The position numbers were made by a program, and so were the translations under genes. A stretch of DNA of 56,193 bases, filler included, from Sphacelaria rigidula (taxonomy: Eukaryota), in assembly GCA_964200075.2 (NCBI GenBank). It is 5 parts of 5 records of this genome, joined end to end, with 100 filler letters (N's around TTAATTAATTAA, not from the genome) between each part and the next. Parts side by side here need not be neighbours in the genome. Positions count along the whole stretch, not along the records: positions 11,260 to 22,418 come from CAXNAA020005306.1; positions 22,519 to 33,677 come from CAXNAA020005307.1; 3 more parts are not named here. One strand, given 5' to 3'. The notes below the pieces were generated by a model. That model worked only from the letters and a program-made list of their open reading frames with translations, was not told where the DNA came from and did no database searches. Shown here piece after piece: positions 13,458-23,521 of this stretch. Each line of letters opens with the position of its first letter. Position 1 is the stretch's first letter.

Positions 13458-14133
13458 CACACGTCGGACGAGTCACTACTCGTGGAAACGAGTGCACTCG
13501 TGGATATTTTTCAAAAAACAACGAGCATGACTCGTGTGCTCGAGTCATTACTTTTTTTACAACGAGCAATGACTTGTGCGCTCAGTCATATAATCATTTT
13601 TTTTTGCAACAAGCAATGACTTGTGTGCTCGAGGCAATACTTTTTTTACAACAAGCAATGACTCGGGCGCTCGCCCTAAAAATCTACTACTCAAGAGATA
13701 CTCTCCGCTTACGTAGAACTCTCTCTGTGTGTGTGATGGGGGGGGGGGGGGCTTAAATAAAATAAACGAGCTTTGGAACTTGACGCTTGTACATCTGCAA
13801 ATGTGCATATGAACTTGAAGAATCAAGATTCAAGATCGTGCAACAGCTCATTATGAATATTTGCTCGTCGGCTTGCTGACTCCTCCACTCGAGTCATTTA
13901 TCACGAGCAACGACTCATGTGCTCGACTCATTTACTTTTCCACAATGAGCAGTGACTCGATTACTCGCCTTATGATTTTTTCCACGACGAGCAATGACTC
14001 GAGTGTTCGCCCTACTTTTGTTCTTGTCACAACGAGCAATGACTCGAGTATTCGCCCTAATATTTTTTACCGCCAACGAGCAGCCCTACGAGTATGAGTG
14101 CCACGAGTCATACTCGTGCTCTTCAAACGTGTG
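13458..14133. mobile_element. Non-autonomous TIR transposon (CACACGT..ACGTGTG, 8-bp TSD; hAT/P-like) with internal ACGAGCAATGACTCG repeats
   Basis: Inverted termini. Flanks AAAAATTC / AAAAAATC match 7/8. About 8 degenerate ACGAGCAATGACTCG copies at ~40-45 bp spacing, interrupted at about 13690-13860. Confidence 0.7.
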
Positions 14134-14689
14134 AAAAAATCCTTTCTCAATTTCCATGATCAGCTGTTATTTCACAGACAACACGTTTGTAGTACTCTGT
14201 ATTGCAGCTACTGCAGCCAATCAAGCTTGAAGCTCTGCAGGCAGTCACTCTGGGCACTGCGGTGTACAGCGGTACAGAGGTGTGCACTAGCGAAGGTAGG
14301 TGCGTACCAGCGAGCACCTTCTTGTACGCCGACAGTGGTCATCTTCCGACCATGTACACTATAGTGTATCAATTCTTGTATAATGCCTGTAGTGATGTGG
14401 TGTACACGAACACGTACTGACTACCTTGCATCGAGGGGCTGATGGGTCTTGGAGCAGTTTCTTATTTCCCAAGGCTGCAGTGTCGATGATAGATTCCTTC
14501 TCCGCCGAGCCTCTTGTATCTTTCAATTTGTTATCCTCATCTTCGCTCCGATCTCAGCAACATTTCTTAGTACCAATTGATGAAAATCTGGAATTCTTGA
14601 GCCTCGATTTTCTCAACTGGTCATCTCTCAAGTGCTGTCGCCACCTGATCTCGAAGATGAAGCTAACCAAGCACCCCACATACTTATAG

Positions 14690-15845
14690 ATCAAGCCCAA
14701 GCGGTCCGTGAAAACGCTATCCTCCTCTGTGGACACGTCGACAAGATCTGGCGAGTATAAAGCCACCTTCACGTTTTCCACAATAACATGAAACACACTG
14801 AAGCCCGCACGACCCGTCTTGGATCGCAGCTCCTCGGAACCTGCAAGTACTGCGACGTCGTGTGGCCGCGTTCCACAGCCTCACCCGGCATAGGGAGAGA
14901 GCGAGAGTCCAAAAGCTTGACCCAAGATGAAGCAGGCGAAGCATCCGAAATATGAAGAAATCAAGCCACATCTGGTTGTAGGTCCTCCGAACCTCCAACT
15001 ACTGACACTTGATATTGCCGCGGTCCATAACCTCACTCGGCCCAGGGAGAAAACGAGCGTCGAAAACCCTGACGTAACACAAAGCAGACCAAGGATCCGA
15101 AATGTAAAGAAATCAAGCCATATCTGATTGTAGGTCCTTCGAACCTGCAAGTACTGACACTTCACTAGACCGCGGTCCACAACGTGACTCCGAGACATTT
15201 CTATCCGAGAATTCTGCTCAAACGAGCCGTGTCCGACTGCAGCTCCTCCGAACCCAAAAGTACTGACATTTCATATGCCCGCGGTCCACAACCTGACTCC
15301 GACACGTTCCTATCTGAAACCATCAGTGAAGACAAGCGAACTGCGCTGTAACCTCAGCCTAGGAGGAGAGCGAACGTCGAAAACTCTGACTTCGATGGCA
15401 AAGCTGGTGAAGCATTCCAAATATATATAGAACAAGCGCAAGTATTCCATAACAACGGTATCCTCCTGCGTGCACACGTCTATAGAAAAATTTGGCATGT
15501 AGCAAGCCACCTTTGTGTTTTCAAAGCAAAACAAATAGGATATTCCGCTCACACGAGACGTGTCCGACCGCAACTCCTCCGAACCTAAAAGTACTGATAC
15601 TTCATATGCCCGCGGTCCACAACCTGACTCCGACACGTTCCTATCTGAAACCATCAGTGAGGACAAGCGCACTGCGCCGTAACCTCAGCCGAGGAGAAGA
15701 GCGACCGTCGAAAACCCTGACCTCGATGGCAAAGCAGGTGAAGCATTACAAAAATATTGAAACGAAGCGCAAGTATTCCGTAAAAACGGTATCCTCCTGT
15801 GTGCACACGTCTACAATAAGATTTGGCCTGTAGCAAACCACTTTT
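14690..15845. repeat. Degenerate tandem repeat, ~330-bp unit with shorter derivatives
   Basis: 15228-15515 closely matches 15559-15845. The core CCTCCGAACC..AAGTACTGAC..CCGCGGTCCACAACCT recurs near 14830, 14985, 15135, 15245 and 15575. Confidence 0.8.
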
Positions 15846-16152
15846 ACGTTATCCAGGACTGGGCATGTACGGTTGCTGTCATACTCGCCGGACTGAAACT
15901 GTGTAAAGGCGACGTCTTCAAGATGTCGCAGTAAATCATTGGTGACGGCAAGACCGACTTGAACCAGGAGTGTGTCGCGGATGACTACAACTCATCATCA
16001 GACGGAAGCGTCGCCTGTTGTGTAACCGATGGGAACGCCGCCGTTAGCATCGTTGGTGAGCAGAGGGGGACGGAAGCGGCAGGCGCGGGAAGTTCGGACG
16101 ACGATGGTAGTAATGCCGGAAGTGGGGAGGATGGGACACCGGTTGCGACCGG

Positions 16153-16381
16153 TGTAATGCGTGAGGGGACCGCGTGCTTAGAGGATCGCATCGGGTGTTG
16201 AACATCCTCATGGTTAGGGTTAGGGTTAGGGTTAGTGTTAGGGTTAGTGTTAGTGTTGGGGTTAGGGTCAGGAGGTTGGTCCCTACAGGGACCGGTCCAA
16301 TTGGTTCTGAAAAACGTCGATCTTGAGGTGTTTTGAACTGCGATGCGGCCCTCTAAGCACGTGGTCCTCTCACGCATTACA
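16153..16381. mobile_element. Ginger1-like MITE (TGT..ACA, CCGG TSD) carrying (TTAGGG)n
   Basis: ~40-bp TIR TGTAATGCGTGAGRGGACCRCGTGCTTAGAGG. CCGG at 16149-16152 and 16382-16385. Telomere-like hexamers at 16213-16268. Confidence 0.7.
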
Positions 16382-17283
16382 CCGGGGCCACAAAAAGTAC
16401 CTCCGCGGGCGGTGGAAAAGCAGAGGTGACTGCGATGCCTTCACGGGGGAGGGAGTATCATTCATATGAACAACAGACAATGAGTTCGGAGTCACATTTC
16501 ACAACTCCCAGTCTACTGGGTGTTCGACAACACTGTTTTCGAAACCGATTGACTACCACAAGTCTTTCCTCAGTTGGCCGAACGGCGATCGTCGTGCCGA
16601 TCTGTCGCGCTCTTCGAATATGTCATGGGTCGTGAAGACTACCCCTCAGAATAGAAGGATTGAAGGGATGGCGTCACTTGAAATCACAGCTGAGGAGTTC
16701 AGGCACTCACAATTATGAGGAGAATATGTGCACAAAGCAGGGGGCATAGGGATGCACCACCATATATGGACAATAGACTACCTTGTCAAATTGTCCTTTG
16801 CGTACACAACGGAACACATTGTATCTTACAATACACGAAGCCGTCGATGCTGCACGAAGGCTTTTATTCGATGCTCGCAGCGAGGTGAGGGGTAACGAGC
16901 AAGACTTGATCCGCGTCCACTCAGGCTTTTCTCACACGACACGTGGGATGGAATGGTGTAGGCGCTATTTTTGTGACTGAACCACGCAAACGCGAGATCC
17001 GTGGTTGTAGAGTGATGCAATAGGACACACGGGGCGCTAAATATAAGTAAGTTGTGACAGTTCTCACGATACCCCCCCCTCGAAGAAGGGAGCCGGTTCG
17101 GGGAGGCAAAATTTACACGTTAATCAAAATGAATAAGACCGAGCACAACGAGCAGCTGGGAAGTCTAACGGTTGGGGTCGTTTTCTGGAGTGTCTCCTAT
17201 GTGAGACCCTTGACGCAGCCTGAAACGAAACATCAGACGATGATTGACCATTTTATTCATGACAATATTGGGCCGGTTAGGGG

Positions 17284-17590
17284 TGTACTCATGATCGTGC
17301 ATGCCATAGTCGTCAGACCACTGGCCCCGCATCCCTACAAACGCGGGACGGAGCACGCCGGGTTTTCGCCGGATCATGCTCGCACTCAAGCACCAAGCAC
17401 GAAATGCCGTGTTGTGTTTGGCGAGTCGCATGGAGGGTGAGCTCAATCCTGCTACAATTGTTCGGCCCGAGGCCTACTGATTATCTTGCATGTGGATCAC
17501 GGCCTACAATGAGTTGCTTTACTTTATGGTATCGCCACTTCCAGAGACAGCCACAGCTTACGTACTACCTCATGGGTGTCTCACCACGAC
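17284..17590 (-). mobile_element. Family B retroposon, 5'-truncated, with 12-bp TSD
   Basis: Matches 42855-43155. Flanked by GCCGGTTAGGGG (17272-17283) and GCTGGTTAGGGG (17591-17602). Minus-strand 3' end GATCATGAGTACA-CCCC. Confidence 0.8.
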
Positions 17591-19153
17591 GCTGGTTAGG
17601 GGAGGGGACTATTGTAGAAGGTGTGTTATCTTCTCATCATGGGGACATTTCATTCGGTCCGTCCGGCTCAGGGCCCTTTCATGACATGGCAGACAGCGCT
17701 ACAGTCACGGGCACCTACAGTAAGTACCGACATACGACTTGCATACGGACTACCGTCCGATCAAATTGACCAACCTATCACGGATGGCTAACGGATGGCT
17801 AAACTCCCTCACGGGACATACTACCGGCGCAAGGCCTACATACCTCGACATGTTCCGTTCTGGTTTAAAGAACCGAAATCGTGTTATCTTGGACTTTTTT
17901 TCTCGTCCGTCTTGCCGGATGTAGATACCTTCAATGGAGCATGTTCAATCGTGGACATGCAAAAGCTTCGTCGCCGTGGACGTAGTCAAGACCGCTCTCC
18001 GCGCAATAAACGACGGGGATGGTGAGTTCCGCTCACGAGTCGGAACTATAGTGGTACCTGTCAATTACCCGCAGAAAATGCTGTCTTTGAGGAAAGAACT
18101 GAAAGCCGTGATGCTCGACGGGGTCTTTATGCACTACCCGTCGTCATCGTCGTGGACAGGAGCCGCATGCATCGTAACAAGACCGACGACGGGGGATACA
18201 ACACTGACTGGACACACGCCTGCGAGGCGGCCTTGCAAATGATGGTACGTTGTCGCGCCAGAAGTATACGCTGACTTACACGGTCCTGCAATCGCCGTAT
18301 TGATACATTCCTGACTCTAGATAAACAAGTGCGGGGTAATAATAAAGTGTTTACACACTGAGAAGGAGCACTTGTCACGATGCAGGAGTCCGGCTGGACG
18401 CAGACACAAACTCACCTTGCCACTCTCGATTATATCGGGTATTCGCAGGCTGACTTGTGCGGTGGAATAAAGCCGTTCGATGTTCCATTCAACATCTCCC
18501 CTTTCAAGGGCGATGTTGACCGCAGCTATCACCGGCGAAGCACTCCAACGGAAGACTACGGTTGTCACATGGACCCGTGCTGGCGGGTACTGGAAACCCG
18601 CGCGTTAGCCATCGTTAGAGCTGGACGGGATCGGCATCCAGAGGTATTGATAGTCATTGCGTGAGAATCCTCCTCCTCCTAACAACCCTAGCGAACACTA
18701 CGATAAGGGGTCGTCGCGGTGATCTTAGACAGGATCTTTCGCCACCGTGGATGACTTTTATACTGTACGTGGGTCTGCACATCTCTAAGCCGAGCGCGTG
18801 TATTATTGTGCCCGCAAAAATTCGTTTACACGGTCGTTACCCACCCACCCTGTGCACCCGATGACACCGTCGTCCTGAGACAGATACGTGTCAGGACGAT
18901 CGACTCCCTCACGTCGCGGCGGAAGCCGGTGTCCGGAAATCCGTTTACGTTAGTCGTCGAGGGTGCAATATTGGCAATATGCTTGCAAGCGGTGCAGACA
19001 GTATAGACTGTGTGTATTGTACACGAGTGACCGTGTGCCGTGTCACAAATTTCAGGCACAGGATCCTGACATAAGGATAATTTAATTTGCGATTATTTGC
19101 GCGAAGGGCGAGCATGTCAGAGCGTTCAAGATCGGCACCCTGCAAACAGTGAT

Positions 19154-19305
19154 ACATGAGACATGTCTTGTCTCACTGTACTGCAGCACAAACTCACTCA
19201 CTTCCGCTCTCATGTGCTGTAGCTATCACTGTTCTGGGGTGTGTTTAGACCTTGCGAAGACGGTTTGGTCTCCGCTGAGATTGCTTGGTGTGCTGTATTG
19301 TTGTG
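19154..19305. repeat. Dispersed repeat, unclassified
   Basis: Diverged reverse-complement match to 33920-34061 on another contig. Confidence 0.65.
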
Positions 19306-19439
19306 TTGGTCTCTCTGTAACATATAGTATCAGTCAGTCTGGACCCAACTGCATTAAAACGAGATTTTTTCGCTCAGATCGATTCCACCGCTCCATTTTT
19401 TTCGATCGAAAAGACAGGCCTTTAACCACCAGTCCCAAG

Positions 19440-19571
19440 TCCTACAACATTGGAATAGTATTCCTGGCGTGCTCTCGCATATTTTCATAGGTCGTGTTAT
19501 GGATGAGATAAAGGGCTCCCAACAATTCCTGCCTCAGAAAATACTCGTGTATCCCTACCGTAGCATCCCTC
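19440..19571. mobile_element. Partial Sola-like MITE (right half)
   Basis: Matches the right halves of 31788-32043 and 43827-44083; ends CCCTACCGTAGCATCCCTC. Confidence 0.7.
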
Positions 19572-20132
19572 GGGTAGCCCTTGCTAATCTACACACAACA
19601 GTCTTTTTTTGACAGCAAATGAAGCCGTAGCTGCTCATCAGCTGTGCACGTTGTGCGCAACCTTGCTCACATCTGTTCGGAATTCATTGACAAATGATGA
19701 TTTGCGTGAGACGCGCGCGCAGCACACGCTTACAAACCGGTCAGCAACGACACGTTTTCGGTTGTTCTTGAAACGCCAGCAGCCGCCATTCGTCAAATTC
19801 AGAACGGATTTCTGTCAACCAAAGACTGCCGTGTGTAGATCAGCAAGGGCTCGCAGTGAAACTAGTGCGCGTGAGTGGTGGGTGTCTTTGCGTGTTTTTC
19901 GGGGCTGGGTGTGTAGGTGTTGTGTTGCCTTGTGTCTTGTTTGCAGCATTACGCAGACCTTGGACCTGCTTGGACTAACGACCACGTCCAGACCCGCCGT
20001 ATTTCTCAACCTGCGTGCAGATCTGGATTCGAACCTGTACAAAACTGCTTGTCGACAGGACTGGGGACTGGTCGTTATGGGGCCAACCCCCTGTCAAAGT
20101 GGATTGTGAAAAAGGGGAACCCCCTTCGTTAA

Positions 20133-20234
20133 CCCCTAGACCGCGACGGGGGGTGACCCGCTGAATCGGCATCAATGTTCACTTGAAAAAATAATGCGTG
20201 ATCTAGATGGACTACCCGCTTCGCGGTCTAAGGG
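20133..20234. mobile_element. piggyBac-type MITE
   Basis: TTAA-CCCCTAGACCGCGA ... TCGCGGTCTAAGGG-TTAA. Inverted diverged copy at 36381-36482. Confidence 0.8.
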
Positions 20235-20416
20235 TTAAAAATGGCCCTAACAGCTCTAGCACTCTCCCTCCTTCACGCCGGCGGCTCAGATGCCGCCAAA
20301 GAAGACGAGTCCCATCGCTTTTCATTCAAGGCGTCTGTCCCTTGTCCCTTCTCCATTACATTCTAATGTTGGGGAGGATGAGAAAATTGGAAGCGCGATG
20401 CGAAGCAGAGCGATCT

Positions 20417-21280
20417 ATCTTGACTACCACTCACATCAGGTGAAAAAGGAGCATGCCGTGTTTTATCGTGTCATGCAATAACACCTTTTGTCTACCTTAT
20501 GGTCCTAGTTTCGGCTCACATTTCCACAACTACATCCGAAACGGGTGCAAAGTACGAGTAGCATTTCTTATTTCTCTCACGTCATGCATAACATGTTTGT
20601 TTGCATACGTACGACATACTGAACACGTGACGTGCATCTCAACTGTACCTCACAGGGCACCGGTGATGACCGTTCCTTCTCCAACAGCCCCCCCCCCAAG
20701 TTATTTAACGTGAGCATCATCGCAGTAATTGCTTGGGGGGGGGCTGTTTGAAAAGCACACGTCGGACAGATCATAATCCGTCTGAAAATTACTTCTTCTC
20801 AGTATACTGATCCGGATCATGATCCGTATAATCTGATCCTACTTTTCCATGTTTGCTCCTTACGGTGCCGAACGCTGAGCCCGCCGAGTAGTGCAAAGGT
20901 TGCGCTTTGGCTTTACTGACTCCGCTGTCACGTATTTTGTGTTTTTGGACCAACGGACTCGAGAGTCTTTCTTTCATTAGTTGTTTCAGACAGATCATGA
21001 TCTGTCCGACGTATGTTGAAAAGGAACGATAATCACCGGTGCCCTGTGAGGTATGGATTGGGATGCACATCACGTATTCAGTATGTCGTACGTATGCAAA
21101 AAAGCATGTTATGTATGACATGAGAAAATAAGAAATGCTACTTTGCACCCGTTTCGGATGTAGTCGTGGGGCTGTGCGCTGGCAGAACTAGGACCATACG
21201 GTAGACAAAAGTTGTTATTGCATGACACGATGAAACAAGAAGTGCTCTTTTTTCACCCGATGAGATTGGTAGTCAAGAAT
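20417..21280. mobile_element. Large foldback element (~280-bp arms) interrupted by a nested TIR element
   Basis: 20417-20700 is the reverse complement of 20735-20755 plus 21024-21280. Centre near 20720. Confidence 0.85.
20756..21015. mobile_element. Non-autonomous hAT/P-like element with perfect 8-bp TSD
   Basis: TIR CACACGTCGGACAGATCAT / ATGATCTGTCCGACGTATG. TTGAAAAG at 20748-20755 and 21016-21023. Interior resembles 46935-47110. Confidence 0.8.
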
Positions 21281-21284
21281 TATA

Positions 21285-21789
21285 TTGGCGGTGACGGGAT
21301 GAAAGCATTTTTGCATCGCCCGATGGACGCTGTGAAAAATATGAAATTTCGATTCTGGGTGGGGGACTTGGACCTGCCAGAAAGAAGAAAGAGATACACC
21401 AGTAGTCGAAAGGAGGAGGAAGTAGATGGACAACACTGCCTCTGTGGCGAAGTAATAGAGAGCAGAAGTCATATAGTGGCAGAGTGTAAACCATACAAAG
21501 AGGAACGGGACGTGCTAGAGCGGGAAATGCGGGACGTGAACGAAGGTGGCATGAAGTCGTTTGATGCATTAGACAGTAAGGAGAAAACGATGGCTATACA
21601 GAAAGATGGTGAGACGGCGAAACAGGACAGGGATAAAAAATGTAAGGGTTTTTGTGAAATGTATGGAAGAAACATTGATGAGCAGCGGAATGCTGGAGGT
21701 GTGTCTATTAGGAGAAGGAACGGTGCTCCGTGTCGAAAGGGATGCGTGGTCAATGGTCGAACGACTAAGGCAAGCAGCAAATGAGAACC
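21285..21789 (+). mobile_element. 5'-truncated LINE family A 3' end
   Basis: Encodes MKFRFWVGDLDLPERRKRY..CLCGEVIESRSHIVAECKPYKEERDVL. Ends GCAAGCAGCAAATGAGAA followed by a C-rich run. Confidence 0.85.
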
Positions 21790-22418
21790 CTCCCCCCCTC
21801 CTCCCCCAGCTTATTAACCGTCAATGCCACAAGCTGCTACCACATGCATTTTGGCATATCTCGTGTTTCCATCGTAATGGAAATCGAAGTCAAGGGGCAG
21901 GGGCAGCCCATCAAGTTCACGAGGAGAAGTGCCCCTCTCTCCTCTGGAAAAATGATGGACCAAGAAGTATCATCACACCAAGAAGTTTTACTCTACGGAG
22001 TTTATGTCTTACAATCCAACCCGTCATCAGTCACATGGATACTTTGGTACTCCACTGAGATAACATAAATACCGACATCATCTGTACAATCAAGCCAGGG
22101 GTGTAGCGTCCGACCCGCACTGCACCTATCGAAACGATCTTCACAATTCGTCAACAACCATGCTAGCTGGGAACGGTGCCCCGTGCCCCACACTCCATAG
22201 CGGACGAAGAAAATGGAGTACATTGGACTGGGTCGGCGTTTTATGTGAACATGATGGGGTGGTCCATATGAAAGTCATTTGTCATGGAATTAGGTCAGGG
22301 AAAGCACGGCTTTTGAGTTGAACCTCACTTTGTTTTTCAACTCCATTCTCGAGAATCCACCGTTGAAAAGAATCGTCAGCGGGTTCCGAAAGGGGCAACT
22401 GACGATGCAAGAAGAGAC

Positions 22419-22518
22419 NNNNNNNNNNNNNNNNNNNNNNNNNNNNNNNNNNNNNNNNNNNNTTAATTAATTAANNNNNNNNNNNNNNNNNNNNNNNNNN
22501 NNNNNNNNNNNNNNNNNN
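22419..22518. other. Artificial contig linker
   Basis: N-TTAATTAATTAA-N spacer. Confidence 0.97.
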
Positions 22519-23521
22519 GTGACCCCGGAATGGGTTTACAGGCGTGTCTTTTCCCAATCAAAAGGCCCAAAAACCCCCCCCCCCCCCTATCGTAGGATGA
22601 CTCATTTGCAGGTGAACCCAGACATGCATTGCCATTTCTGTTTTGCGATGACTCAACGAGTTATATAGTAATCTTGTCACGTTGAGCTGGATCATCCCTG
22701 TGTGTGAACATGCTTTCATGAGATCACGAAAGGTCACCAACCCCTCTAACTCATTTTCTCAGAATACCTCTCGGAATACCTCTCCCAAAGAATGCCGCTC
22801 GAGGTATCATTCTCCTCAAAACCCTCTGCGACAAAAAGTACAGCGTTTTTTTTTTCTATGTTGACCAAATAAGCGCCTGTGAAGTTATCCCACTCTTTAC
22901 AATATTCAGCGCAACACAAGGGCGCCTGACAAGCGCCTGTAGAATTATCTGGTTTCTACGTTTTGTAAAGCATAGCATGCGGGCCTCACAGCTACTACCG
23001 TGCATTCCGTGGGATCCAATCTAAAGACAGCACCAAATCACAGTCTTCCAAAACAATGCCTGTATATGCACCAACTTAGAATATCCCATCTACCCCACGT
23101 CACGTGAAACATACGGTTCCGTGACAAAACAAATACATACCTCATTGATTCATCGTACTATGCAAGTTAGACGTGGGGATCTTCTTTGTAGCCGGCTCTG
23201 CCCCGTACTCACTATGGAGCACAAACGCGGGTTGACATCGTGTAAATCGTCGGTCCCCCCCGGGCGATTCAAACCTCGATACCCGCACTGGTGTCCAAGG
23301 GCACAAAGATTATTCCAGACGGTCTTACTTGTGGAAAAATCGGTGACTACGCATCTCAGTGCGTTTTCATGCTGTTGAAGTCAGATGCGAATACCTTGCT
23401 TTCGCAGTCAGTGCTGTTTCATATTTTGAATTTCTTGTGAAGAGCACAAACGCGAGTTGACGACTTGAAAACCGATTGTGCACCCCCCAACGACTCTAAT
23501 TTCAGTATAAACGTGACTTAC

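Noticed and set aside
13469-14120. CRISPR array
   Set aside because: Repeats are degenerate, linkers are similar and T-rich, there are no cas genes, the context is eukaryotic, and the array is bounded by TIRs and a TSD.
16213-16268. True chromosome end
   Set aside because: Short, degenerate, internal to the contig and enclosed by TIRs.
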